Shown here in pieces: positions 38,143 to 51,908 of a stretch of 64,000 nt of DNA. Origin of the DNA: Callorhinchus milii (Eukaryota); contig NW_024704742.1 of NCBI RefSeq assembly GCF_018977255.1, positions 115,322,001-115,386,000 of the forward strand, given 5' to 3'. The stretch's first letter is position 1. Each line of letters begins with the position of its first letter. The position numbers were made by a program, and so were the translations under genes. The notes beneath the pieces were generated by a model. The model made no database searches. It was not told the DNA's origin and saw nothing but the letters and a program-made list of their open reading frames with translations.

Positions 38143-38528
38143 TATAATAATAATCATATTCCTTGCATTTGATATAGCACTTTTCACATCTTCTAGGCAT
38201 CTCAAAGCGCTTCACAGAATATACTGTAAAATGAATTGAATGTATATTTGTGGGTGAAACGCGGCAGCCAATTGTGCACAGCAGTGTACCATGAACAGTC
38301 GTGGATTGAGTGATCAAATTATTGTTATTTCTATTTTATTTTTGAAAAAATTATTACCCCCGGAAAAGCAATCCACCAATTGACTAACAATCGGGTTTCT
38401 ACTTATTGCTAAGTAAACAGTGGGATGTGGAATAAGGAAATTTGTCTAAGGTTTCACCCTGCCCAGGAATCAAACCCAGGTCCTCTCGCTTGCGAGGTGA
38501 GTGTCCAGACAATACACTACAGGGCTCC
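38143..38528 (-). mobile_element. Full-length young SINE, long variant
   Basis: Collinear reverse complement of 18051-18422. Confidence 0.92.
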
Positions 38529-40266
38529 AGAAAAATAATAAATAAGTAACAATCTCCTTTTATTGGGATTGGCATGTGACGGAGGATCTGAAAAGAGAGA
38601 ATACTGAAAAACGGAGGACAATACAACATCATGTAAAAAATACTGTGTGTTAATCTGAGGAACAACACAAAATTCTGAGCCAATAATATCTTATAGTTAG
38701 TCATTGCTGGAGTCTAATATATTCTCAGATATATTCTGCTTGGGCTTTTTTATAGTGTAAGCAATAACAAATGTGAAAACTGCTACGTAGGTTGCTTAGA
38801 GAGGATCTATCATGCCACAGAAATTTTTTTTTAGTTTAAATTTGCATGCTTTGAAATTACTTCCAGTTATTCCATTGAAACAGGCAATGTTCCAAAAATG
38901 GAGAACTGAAACTGACATTTAAAGTGAGTGCACTGGTGGCAAGTAGCCAGAGCTTTGATGCTTTTACTTTTTCAAATCTCATTTGTTTTATTTTCTAATT
39001 TTGCTGTGTCACTTGTTTGTTTTCTGATGAAATGTTAACAATTACAGGCAATCTAAAGTGTGTGATATCAAATATTTGTCTACAAGTGATAGTCATTGCA
39101 CTGTATAATAAATTCTGTGAAGGGCTTTGCAATGTCCTCCCAACGTGAAAGGCGCTATATCAATTGCAAGGATTCTTAATTTTATATTCAGAAAAGATCA
39201 TACATTCACTGGTGGAAATATTAATCAGTAGCTGACTATAAATCGATTACAACTTTATATGATTGTTTCAGTGGTTGAATAATCAATAAATTCTGATTTT
39301 CTTTCCAGTCTGAAAATTTGCTCTATTGAATATTTATATTTTCCAAAAGCCAGAACCCCTTGAGGAATTTGTGAATACAGTGTATGATGGTTGCCGAGCA
39401 AAGTTTCATCCACTATATTTACCTCAGATGGATACACCAAGCAGTCAGCTAACTAGAGAGAGAGAGCGATGGATTCAGACATTTATGTAAGCCCGGTGCA
39501 ATGCATTAAAAAATATATAGGGAGGCCACAGAAGGGAGCCTTAAAAGCACATCAAATTATAAGTTTTACTTTAAGAAGGATTCTGACTGTCCAAGAACAG
39601 TGCCAAAGTGCATGATAAATTGAATGCTTGAACAGCAGAACTTACATTTGCCACAATCATTTGAAAATATGTGGAATGTTTAAAGTGTATGAGAATATCA
39701 AATTTCATATCATGTGGGTATGAAAGTATCAAAGTTATAGAAAACTTGTCCTAGTGTTTGTTTCAGCGCCCAGACAGAAAAAACAAAACAACTTAAATCT
39801 TGTCATCTTAATTCTGTATGATCTTATGATTTCATGTGAAATAGACTAACAAGGGAAGCAGTGGAGGTGGATTGTGTTGATGAATGGTAGATTGTGGTTC
39901 CAGCACCTTGGAACGTCCGCCTGATGTGAAAGGCCCTACACAACCGTAATTTGTTGTTGATAACGTACAGTGTCAGAGAAATAGAAGTAGGAATGACACC
40001 TTAATGCCAGAATAAAGCACCTTGGGATATAAATTGCAGGAGGACATAGACCACTAGCAGAACAGGTTGCATTGAGATGTCAGTAACATATTTCAACAAA
40101 ATCTGACCTACATGAGCATAATATTGTAAATTTTGGATAGAGTACCCAGCATACTCTGAAAGGAGCCATAAATCACAGATGGAACAGGCTTTAATCTGCT
40201 AACTAGGAATCCTTAATGAAGAATCTGAGTCATGCAAATAGGGACTCCATTTGGTAACCAGTGGTA

Positions 40267-40687
40267 TAGTGCAGCCGAATTATAACACACTTCACCATAA
40301 CACCGATTCACTTATAATGTAGTTGTGCTGTGAACCCCATTTATTGCAAATGGATGTGGCAATCTCATTTCCTACGTTCCAGCTGGCTTTTTGTGCTACA
40401 ATAGACAATTTCTAGTTGATTATGTCACCAACAACATTAATTCCTGCTATGCTGTGCTTGCGCAAAGCAAGAAGTAACATCATCGGCGACCCAATGATCA
40501 AGTCTGCTATTTTAGCTTTAACTAATGAAATGACCAACATCCATGTCATTTAGGTTGCTGCTAACTTCACTTCCTTCTTTGCGTGTGGGCAGAAAACAGG
40601 AGGTGAAGCTGATGGTGAGCTCCCTGCTGGGTCAATTTGACCTCGATTTTATGGATCCCAAACATGTGTTATAAAAAGGCTGCATTG
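40267..40687. mobile_element. Tc1/mariner-superfamily (Tigger-like) MITE
   Basis: TA on both sides; imperfect TIRs TAGTGCAGCCGAATTATAACAC / GTGTTATAAAAAGGCTGCATTG. Confidence 0.75.
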
Positions 40688-43600
40688 TATATCATCCAGA
40701 TTGTGGGACCTCCCCTACACGGAGGAGTTTCCTTATTAAGTAATCCTGATAAGAAATACCATACATTCAAGCCCAATATCATTAAAAGTTTATTTTTCTA
40801 AAAGCAATCTTCCAGAATATGTCAGAGACTATTTAAACAAGTCCTATTCTGTGGCTATGAAAACGTTTCAGGAATGAAGCCTTCCAGCTGCTACAACCAC
40901 TTGTTGCAGAGTGTGGAATTCTCTCCTTCTAACCTAAATTCAGTTGTAAAGGGAAACACAACCAGTTCTTGGTCTGGGAAGTCGTAACAAAAATGTACGA
41001 CGCAGACCAGTCTTACAGACCTCAATGAATTGTAACGGTTTGTGAGAGAATTACAAAATTGTAAACAAAACAAGAAATTTCCAGAAATTCAAGAAACTAA
41101 CTTGACTCTCTGATGAGTATATTTGTTTTAGAATTGTATTGTTCTTGTTCAGTTTCTTGCTGATCGCAAGACAGGGCAAATTTCGCCAGGGACCTCACCC
41201 AGCGACTGATCCCGGAAAACGGGGATGTCTGGTCACTCTAATGTAGGCCTTTTTGTACACAGTCCAGCACTCTCAACCTTGACCTTCCAGATAGTCTTTT
41301 CCCAGATAGAAACCAATCCATCATCATCTGAGAGCACCTCTCATCAGCACGCCCTGCTCAACATCATCTTGCTTAGTACGTCAGTATTGTTGCTGAGCCT
41401 CCTGTCACGCAGCCCAGTGCCCCAGCCAATGGTAAAGAGAGTGGGTAGTGGAGTCTCAGGGAAAATTGCAGTATTACTGCATGGACAATGCCCTCTCATT
41501 ATTTCAGTCTAGGTCTCTCCATCGTTCCAGCTAATACTGTATCACATTTTCCTTTTGTGTTACAAAAACATCCAGCTCCTGCTGTGCGCTCAGCAGGTTC
41601 CAGCCCCCAGCATCACACAGCCTTGTACAGAGGCGTAATCAGCAGAATTCCCCTGAGGCTCTGCCCTCTGTGCTGTTGTTTGTGCTGCTGGGCTGAATGA
41701 CAGCAAGTCGACTCCAGAGATGGGCTGCGAAGTGGAGCGAAGATCACAGAATATGATAGAGAAAGACTCTGTGGCTCTCTCCCCACATGTGGGTGGGTTG
41801 GATTTGCACCTGACCTCATAAACTCTTCATTTCACACCCTGGGATACATCTCCTATTTCACTAATGTCAAATCCAGACAATATCTAACAATAATTTGCCC
41901 TTGAAGGTTAAAATGCAGCTATATATACTGACTAGCAAAAGACCTAAAAAGCGTAATGTAATTTTTTTACAAGATAGTGACTGGTAGATTTGGAAGCTGT
42001 TTATCTGAATGCCACTTATCCAAAGGGAATGGACCAGCTGGGCATTCTGCTGTGCCCTCCTATGTGTATAATTATTCCCTGTACAATATATTGTATCAGT
42101 TTCCATGATGAACTAGCATCTGTGGAGCAGCACAGAACTGAAATGAGTGCACTTTCAGTTGGCCACATTATTCACTATTCCGAACAGGAATACAGTACTA
42201 CATTTTCTGACCTGTTGGTGAATAAAGGCCTCTGCCCTCAATAATATAAATCCAGAAAGCATATAGTATTCTTTTAGATTTGAATGTTAATATTTTTATT
42301 GTTTAAATGAACAAAAGATGCAACATTGATATGCTGCTCTGTTTCTTCTGTCATTTACAATCATGGAAATAGATAATAAATGCATAATATTGCAACCCAC
42401 TTTGCTGGGTTTAATTCAGATGTGCACCAAAAGGGAAATAAGTTACAAGAACTACAGGCTTTCAGAGGAGGTTTTTGCTCATTAAAGTCTCAGATACCAT
42501 TGCCTGGAGTCTGGGGAATAGAGCATTTTGCAGTTTTTACACTTAATGGGTGGTTAGGGCCTTAGTGCAGGGACTGAATTTGATATTTTAGTCAGTAGTG
42601 GAGCACCCACCCCACCCTACCCCCACACCCATTTTTAATTGGTAAATAAATATTAATGAGGTGACTTTAATATGTTTCCAATGCTCTTGTATTTTGGCTT
42701 GTCAGCATTTTGTTGGAACGTCAGGCTGAAAATGTGGTTAGACCAAGTATTTGAAAAGTGAAACCCATTTCTACTCAGCAATTCACACAAGCAATTACAT
42801 ATGTAAGAAGAAAAGGAATCTGAAGGCCATTAAGGACATTCATATTTCTTTAATCATAAGTAACTTTAGGCCTGAAATTTCACCTAGTCTTACCTCCTGA
42901 GACCATTTTTGCCCATTTCGAGAATAAAGTTCTCCTGACATATTCATGTTACTAAGCATTGATTAAGTCAGACTGTTACAACATTTTAAAGAGCAATTAA
43001 GTCAGATCTTCACTATCAGAGTAATGGAAAGAAAGCTGTCTAACCATGGAGCAAAATTCAACGTGTGGGACTTGAAAGTAGTTACTTTAACCTGATTTAG
43101 TCAGCTAACAACTAAAGTAGGATTCTTTAAATTCAAGCGCATGTCCTTTTTCATGGGTTCTATAGATTAACGTAGGTGGAGATTTTCTGTCAAGAAATGA
43201 GCTGGTGACTCATTTAGCATTAGAGTCAATATTTGCCTGGTTGATCAATGTTGTTAGCAGGCGAAATTCCATGCCGTGCACTTTAAGAAACATCAATGAC
43301 TCAATGAATCCAGATTGCCTTCTTTATGACGGTGGACATGCACCAGCAAAGATAAAGGTTCCATTGCAAATGCAAACATGTTACTTTTTTAAATTTATTA
43401 AGAACATGCAACTCCCCTGAGCTTTACAGTAGATTACCATGGCAGCCTAGGGCGCCATCACAGAAATACAACAGCGTATCTGTCACAGAGGGACATAGTG
43501 CACATTAACAACAATAGCCTAATATTTACCAATCTGTATAGATACAGTACAATGGGCAGAACTGATTTAGTTCTCAGGTTACTGGGTTAATCAATAAAAA

Positions 43601-44467
43601 GCTGTTCGATATTGCACTCCAGTAACTAAGGCAGGAAATCATTTTTCATCATATGGTAGATTCGAAAGTGTGTTCTGTGGGGATTTGGCTTATGCCTCGG
43701 CATGGAGAACACAGAGTAGAGTCTCAAAAATATAGACAACACTCCTTTGGGCAGGCGTCAGAGCAGTGAGGGAGAGGAGCAGACACCTGCTGTCCTGAGA
43801 ACAGCAGCTGAGAATGCAGCAGGCACTTCACTCACAGCTGAGCACAGAGTAGGAGACGTTGGAGGTCAGGGAGGAGCCTGGGTCGTGCTAGGCACATCTC
43901 TCATTTAGAGGACTGATTTACAGTATTAATTTGTTAAAGATCTTTTACGAGTCGATTCTATTAACACAATATTTCCGTTTGCAATTTTGGGGCCTCCTGT
44001 GATCTTTTTGGCGCTTTCTTATATGGTTAAGCACATTATAAACAAGTAACGAAAAGATTGCAATTTTAGCAATAAGTATGAAAGACACCATAGTCATTGT
44101 AGCTCCTCATGAAACACTCATTTATATACCTAGACCTCTGATATAATCCACAAGGGATGAAAAATGCAATATTTCATGAAAGTCCATATGATAGTTATCA
44201 TATCAAATGTATTCTGAATTTCGCATTTTGAACCCTATTATCCCTTGTAACATGGTGAAATTAAAACTCTATTTATAGTATGTCTAAAGTATAAATAAAT
44301 ATCCAGAGAAGGATCAATTTAATTCAAGAATATATCATACAGTATTTGAATTTCTGAAATATTACTAATTGCCATTGTTTGATCACAGTAAATGTTGCAC
44401 TTTGATAGTGCAAACACCATTACACTGGTTTTAAACCCAAGGCAAATCCTTGTCTAGTATACTGCAT

Positions 44468-45024
44468 ACAAGAGTAAAAACTATATCTACTTCTATCTCT
44501 AATTCCCCCACCCCCACTGCCACTCCTATATCACCTGCCAGTGATTTTATTATGTCGGCAGAATGCTTGGCTGCACAGAAGCAGATATTTTGTTCACTAC
44601 TAGTAAGTACCTGTGTTGGAATCAATCACATTGGAAGATTGTCTGAAGAGGAGAGAGCAAAAGACAATCTCTGTCTCTTGCTGTGCTGGAAACATGAAGT
44701 GGTTTATTATATATATTATACACTTTATAAAAATTCTGCTTTACGTTGCATTAAATTCTGTAGACTGAGATATGGAGAGAAACCCTGCACAGGGGAACAT
44801 AGTCCTCTGGTGACAGGAAGGTCTTTATTTTGCACAAGCACGACAGGTTAAAATTGTGCTGGTGGTCCCTTTGTGACCAACAAAGCTACGACACATCTAC
44901 CAACTTTGAACAAAATATCTGCTTCTGTGCAGCCAAGCAGACTGAAGACATAATAGAAGCGTTAGTAGGTGATGTGGGAGGTGGGGGAGGGGGAAGAGAA
45001 GTGCAGATAGAATTTTACTCTTGT
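44468..45024. repeat. Long imperfect inverted repeat, about 560 bp
   Basis: Perfect 33-bp arms 44564-44596/44907-44939 and perfect 12-bp arms 44468-44479/45013-45024. Confidence 0.85.
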
Positions 45025-45029
45025 GTTTA

Positions 45030-45155
45030 TCACATTCATCACATCCAGGCTAGACTGCGCCAACTCTCTGCTTGCCGGACTTCCCAACATTTCCCTTAGC
45101 AAGCTGCAGACCATCCAGATCTCTAGCTCACGTCCTCTCCTGCCCTAGGCTCTGC
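45030..45155 (+). mobile_element. L2 RT fragment
   Basis: TFITSRLDCANSLLAGLPNISLSKLQTIQ. Confidence 0.85.
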
Positions 45156-45542
45156 TGATGTTTGTGGTTTGTGGTTATTATGGGAATTCCTCAGCCTGTA
45201 TGACAGCACTGCTGAACCCAACACTTTCACTTCCCACCACCCTCAGAAATTCATTCCACATCGAAAAATAGTCATTTGGATCATCACGGTAAATCTCTGA
45301 TCAAAAAAACACTAAACATCAATTAAAAACAGGACTCCTTTGAGGCTAATCAAAATGAAGCTCCATTTGAGATTGCCTGAGAAATGTGACTACTTTTAAA
45401 ATTCTAATATAATCAAATGAAATCAAGCAATCTTAAAATTAGGGAAAATCAGCTTGGCTCAATTGGTAACGCCTCTTTGAGTTCGAAGATTGTGGGTTCA
45501 AACCTCACATGAGGACTTAAGATCCCATTTAATTTGGGGAGC

Positions 45543-45815
45543 AATAACAGCAATTTGCATTCGTATACACCCTTCATGCAGGATTGTGTCTCGGAGGGTT
45601 TTTTGCAAGGTGATGGGGTGGACGCTGAGCAAGGGAGAAGGGCAAGGGTGAACATGGGCACAGTTGAAGAGGTATTCAGGTGAGATTTAAAGATAGATAA
45701 AGAGGAAGTGAGACTGAGGTTAAGGTTGAAGCAGGGAGTTCCAGAGATGAGGGATGTAGAGGCTGAAGGCACGGCTGCCAATTTTAATGCAGAGGGGTTG
45801 GGGGACCCATAGCCG
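45543..45815 (-). mobile_element. L2 3' fragment inside an old Deu SINE (head at about 45448-45540, body from about 45865)
   Basis: SSLSIFKSHLNT motif and L2 tail; flanks read CAGCTTGGCTCAATTGG...GTGGGTTCAAA and CTGCATTGTCAGAGGTGCTGT. Confidence 0.75.
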
Positions 45816-47637
45816 GCCTGTGCTAGCTGAGCAAAGGGAGTGGGTAGAGAGTGAAGTATGAGCAGGAAGCACTGCATTGTCAGAGGTGCTGTACTTCAGA
45901 AGAGATGTTAAACGAGGACCTATCTTCAGTTACATGTTAGACAAATGGAAATTTCTATACATTCAGTATGTATGTAGTTTGGTTTTGATAATCTTAAGCA
46001 TGGTGATGAGATTCTGTGTGTGTTCAGCTGACAAAAATGAGATGCATGGCCAAGTTATCTACAGAATTGTTTGTTCGGACCAACAGCCTTATCTCTTCAA
46101 ATGGTGTCATGGGATCTTTGGAATGAAAACACATTCCATCGTGTCCCTAGAAGGACACACTCTGGTCACTAATCCCGGAAAGTACTAGGTGCAGCATATC
46201 AAGATTCAAGGCTTGGGGTGTCCAGAGTGTGTGGTGGGAGTGTTGCTGGAGTTTATTTACCTCATGGCAGTTTGTGGGACCCTTTTGCTCCAATTGACTG
46301 CTGTGTTTGCCTGCAAAAAAAACACTCTCTACTTTTGGCAGAAATTAACTGTGAGATATTTTGATTTGATAAGATGCTATAAGATTGCTAGTTCTCTCTG
46401 TCATGTTTGTCATTCATTAATCTGTTCTCTCGGGGTCTCTCTTATACCTTCATCTACTTTGATTTATCTCAACTGTTGTTCTGCCCTACAATCCATTTGA
46501 TTGTTCATGTCATGTCTTTCCTCAGGTCTTAACTGACTGAGTTTTTAAGCTGTTTAAATAAAACGTCTATTTATTTATCTCGACTCCACAAGTCGTGTTT
46601 ATTTTGAACAGTCTCTTTTGGTATCTTGCTAAAAGAAACCTTTTTTACTGCAAGTGATAAAAGGCACAGAGATTAATACTGCGGTGCTGTGCTGTCACTC
46701 ACAGACCGAGTTCTGCAAAAGATCCTTAATGAAGACCCACACTCTATGTAAAGAAGAAAAATACAGTGAATGTAGTGCACCTCCACTTCATAAATAATTG
46801 ATTGCTTGTCATTTTGTAAAGTCTTTCCCTGCCTCCACTGCAAACTGGAAGAGTCACAGTGGCTGCAATTCATCCCTCGCTGAGTGCTGACAGCAGTGTG
46901 CTGTGTGCGATGACATTTACAAGGTACCACCCCCCCACCTTGCTGTGTGAAGAACGGCAAACTTGTCAGTTTAAGGTGAGAGCTGTGATTTTCTTTCCTT
47001 TTTGGGGTTGCAGCAGTTGATAAGCTAGGAGTGACACTTTTAAATTAAGCTGGGAATACAACTTCCCAGTTAGCATAGTAATGTTACATCTGGCAGCTGC
47101 TTTCTGAAAGAATATTTATGTCACTGTTGTCCCGTGTCTCTCCAAATATCGTTTTTTTCCACAGAAAGAACATTCTCCGGTTAAAGTGCTGAAACTATAT
47201 CTAACTCTGACCTAAAGATGCATTTTGTGTTACAACCAGGCATTTTTTCTATATGTTTCTATTTGTCTATGTGGGCTTTGTGTTGCAGCAGATGTTACTG
47301 GCAGTCGTGAATAATTTTACTGATCAGTGAGGAATAAGATGTGTTTGTCCACTAAGGTTAGTATATTTACTGATGATCAGAAAATCAACTCCAATATCAG
47401 ATTTAGTATGAGTTTTTGCAATGTTTTTAAAAACATATCACGGCAAAACTTATGGATGATCTAATGACATGAATGATAATATAAACTGAGGAGAGCATCT
47501 TTTAAACCATTTCAACAAATGACAATAGTTATATAAGTGGTGAACACTAACACCAAGACATGGGTTAAAAGAATGTAATCATTTTGGGACTGATTTGTAA
47601 TATGAGTTGCAAATAAAGCCGGCTTCTGTAGTAATTG

Positions 47638-48138
47638 TGTCAGCCTGGCTTAGTGGTTGCACTCTCCCCTCTGAGTCAGAAGGTTGTGGGTTCAAGTCCC
47701 AAGTCGGGCCTTGGAATCACATACACACCAATACAGGTCCTGGAGTGGGGAGTTGTTGCATTGTTGAAGGTGCCGTCCTTTGATAAGAGTTAAACCGAAA
47801 TCCCGTCTGCCTGTTCAGGTGGATATTAAAGATTCTATGGCACTACTCAAAAGGAGAAGGTAGTTCCTCCTAGTGTCCGGATTCCCCAAATAAAATTGGT
47901 CACTCACTCAGTGGCTGTTTATGGGACATTGCTGTGAGTAAACTGGTTGCCGGGTTTCACGCACAAAATACAGTCGACCCACTTTACAGTGTATCCTGTG
48001 AAGCTCTTTAAGACATCTCAATGATGTGATAAGGCGCTATATCAAATGAAAGGATTATTATTACTATTATTATTATTATATTATATTATATTATATTATA
48101 TTATATTATATTATATTATATTATTACTATTATTATTA
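47638..48138 (+). mobile_element. Full-length older Deu-domain SINE with an expanded (TATTA)n tail
   Basis: tRNA-like head (GGCTTAGTGG...GGTTCAAGTCC), GAAGGTGCCGTCC...GTCTGCCTGTTCAGGTGG Deu block, tail microsatellite at about 48055-48138. Confidence 0.88.
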
Positions 48139-48854
48139 AGTGGGCTGGCATCACCCTGACCTGCAGTAACTGAAAGTAAATCAAGGAGCGGAATTCATGC
48201 AGGGCAGCATGATGCACCTCCAATTACCAGCTGGTGTCCCTATTTGTGACTTCCTATTCTACTGCTACAATTGTAATATCTCATTAAAACGAGGTCCTGT
48301 CTGTCTTTTCAGGTGGATGGTAAAGATCCCACGGCACTATTCGAAAAGAGAAGAGAGCTTCTCACGGTTTCCTGGCCAACAAGACCTCAAATAAAATGAG
48401 TCATTCACTCTGTGGCTCTTTGTGGGATGTTGCTGGTCACACCTTAGCTACTGCCTTCACCTTCAAAATACACAGTCACTACACTTTACAGTAAATCCTG
48501 TGAAGTGCTTTGAGATGCCCTCACGGCCTGAAGGGCACTACATAAAATACAAAAATTATTAATGTTATTAAATGTCCAGATATGAGACAGCTATGTCAAT
48601 ATTATTTTAACAAACATGCAAAGTAACAGAGAAATGTGAAAAGAAATAGCAACATTTCCAATCCATTGACACAGCAATTGATGCTGTTGTTGAACAGAGC
48701 CTCCTGACAGCTTGAATAGTCCCAGGCGGTTGATCTCGTGGTACTTCTGTGGCTTACTTCTTGCATTTCATATTACTGCACATATTTTTGGGAGGGAGGA
48801 TCAGTTTCACTCTCTTGTCTATGTTGATAGGTTGAGAGCACTTTGGGGATAGAG

Positions 48855-49162
48855 ACAAAAAGAAAAAACTTCAGAAGCTGGAAATCTGAAATATAATTGC
48901 ACTTCATAAACTTTTACCTGAAATAAAATTCTGAAATCAAAAAGGTTTGCATGTGACAAGTTCTGAGCAAAGGTCACACCTGAAATATTACCCTATTTCT
49001 CTTTCAGATCGCCTACAAAGTACAGTCACTGCACTTTACAGTAAATCTTTTGAACTGCCTTGACACATCCTCTTTGAAGTGAAAGGTGTTATATTAGCTG
49101 CAGGGAATATTATTCAGATGATGATTTACCTGTTTGCATTTGCAATATGTATTATTTCAGAG
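48855..49162. mobile_element. Decayed Penelope-like palindromic repeat, split by a SINE 3' fragment (49010-49112)
   Basis: GCTGGAAATCTGAAAT and TTCTGAGCAAAGGTCACACCTGAAA match 60524-60727; TTCAGAT duplicated at 49003-49009 and 49113-49119. Confidence 0.65.
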
Positions 49163-51908
49163 AGATATAGGCAGGACAAAGCAGAAATGATAAGATTCTC
49201 ATGCAGTGAAATGATGATGAGTTACAGTGATCATTTGGTAGCCTGAAGATTGGAAACATTTCTAATGAGGTGAAGAACCTATAGAACTCATGCATGTTTG
49301 AGGCTTCAAATCCATCATCTTGTCTTGATATCAGGGCATTTCATTTAAATTCCACATTCAACGTGGTGGCTCACTGTCAGTACCAAGGAAGTTTTTGCTT
49401 TCATGACACCTTTCAAAATCATCTTCCTGCTGCAGAGCAGCTGAAAGAAACAGCAGGCTTTATTTCTGCAGCATTACCCTTTCAATGTAATATCGTTCCT
49501 TCATTTCAGGGGAGGCCAGATGAGATGGTGTTCTTAATCCTTTGGGCAATTAATCCTCTACTCCTCCCAGATATAATTTACTGAACTGCTTCAAAACAGT
49601 TTGCCCAAGGTGTCTTAGTTAATACAAAAATGCATTTATTGTCCTATGAAACGGGCTCATTACATTTTTTGCTGAAATATTTGAAAATCTGAAGTGGTGT
49701 GAAAGATAGACATTAGTAGCTGTGAGAAGCACATTGCGAGTGCTTGCTATAGTTGCAGATTGTAGAAGATTATCTCTGTTTTTGACGTTTGCAACCACTT
49801 GGACTGTCTGTTGGATCAAACCATCTCAAGTTGTCCCAGGGAGATTCTGACAAGTGTTGACAGAAGATCTGCCAAAGCATCTGTAATCTCTGAAGCAACA
49901 ATATCCTTATGGATATTAAGCCAAAGTGGGATAAATGAAGCAGAAAGGAAAGGGAGGCCTGACCTATTTAAACCAGCATTGGATCATCAGAGAATGAATA
50001 TTTTTTGGGCAGCTGGGTGCCTGACACATGCAGAAAGCCAGCATCAATTTTAAGAGTGTCCAAATCAGACAGAGAGTTTCAGATATGTGTACATCCTACA
50101 CATGAAAACTTTCCTGTGTCTGACAGTGTGCATTTTCTCCCTGGAGGGAAGAACCCTGATTAAGTAATTCTGGGGAGTATTAGGCTTGGGTTGGCGATAG
50201 TCAAAGGTTTGAGGACCCCATAGTTTTCTTATTAGATCCTGTCAATCAACACCAGAACAATCAGTAAAACTAATAAAATAGCTGTAAGGCCTCTGAGTTC
50301 CTGATTTCAGCAATACTAATATTGAGGAGCTGAGAACCACTTTGGAATCAGCCGCTTTCCAACAACCCCTAACCTCCTATGGCCATTTTATTTATGGGCT
50401 GGCGAGTGGAGTAAAGATGCACTAATAAATCAGACATGTTTGGACTATGTCTTGTGAGTTACCACAACTTGTGATAGCGTAATTTTAAAGGGAAAGGCAA
50501 GTGCAGGGGACTAATTTCTGTTGAGAGTAATGTGCCCGACCAATCAATAGCTAAAAGTGATATGGGAAAAGCTATATATTTTTATGTGTCAAGACAATCT
50601 CCAGATGTCCTTCAAAACATGGTGCTTAATTTCAGGTCTCCTTCTCTGCTGGGCTGTTCGCATAATGTCAGTGACAGATCTGTATGAGCCCTGTACCTAC
50701 TCCATTCGTTTCAATGGGATTCAATGTTTTAGACCAGGCTGGTAAATTGGACGAGGTATTTCATTGTGGTACTGGAGCCAAGGTGGTGATTTATACTGTG
50801 CATAGATCATTTTAAAGAAAAACCTTGCCTTTGATATAGCAGCTTTCATGTTGGGAGGGCTTCACAGGTTTTGCTGTAAAGTGTAATGACAATATTGGGG
50901 ATTGTTGGTCAATGACACTGGGAGAAATTACATAGAAATGAAACTTAGTTACCATCTTATTCGAAAGATGGTATCTCCAACAATGCAGCATTTCCCTAGC
51001 ACTGCACTGGGTTAAGATGGTTGGAGAATCATGTGGTGTATAAAAAACGACCCAGAATAAATGGGATGTATGGTCTATTTTGCTGTTTTAGATTCTGTGT
51101 AATTCTATGTAATTTAGTTTGATAATAGTATTTTGGGACTAAATAGTAATTAACATTGAGCTTGTGATAATTTTTCTGGTGTTGATAAACTATTTGCTCT
51201 GTCTGGTGAGGGAGGTACTGTTAAAATACCAAAGCAAGAAACAATCCTGAAATGTCATTAAGGCAAGGATACGTCTTTAAAGAAAAGCCATTTGTGTGAT
51301 TGATATCATCTTCTGTTACAAAGACACCAATAGGTTGAGAAAATCAGATTCTGCTTACTAATGTATCATTGGGACATGATGTAACTTGTTGTTATTGTGT
51401 CAGAGAGTTGGCTTCTCATTGTCTTACTTACATGTTAAAGTAGGAACGGACAGACCAAAAACTCTGCACAAACTATTTGAGTCAGAAGGAATGAAAAGGA
51501 GTAAATGACTAAAGCAATTCTGGTCAGTATGAAAAAGCAACAGGGAAAAATACTTTCTGTTCTAAGCAATCCTCTACTGAAAATCTCAGGAGGATTTAGT
51601 CGTGCCCTTGGGCTAAAATTATATTAATTAACCCTGATGGGTCAATATGAATGGTGATAAATGCATTCAACAAATTCAGATCATAACTAATGATTGGCGT
51701 TCAGTGTGACACTCCCCCCCACCCCATATCACAATGGATGGGTAGAAAGCCAGCCAACTCGACAACATTGGAGGATACCACTTAAAAGTTGAGTAAAGTT
51801 AAGTATCCAAGATCATAGGGGATAAAGATTTATCAAATTGCAAACGATGGGACTGCAAAGTATCACAAATTGTAACAACCAGCAGCAAATACAAGTACTA
51901 CCTGATTC

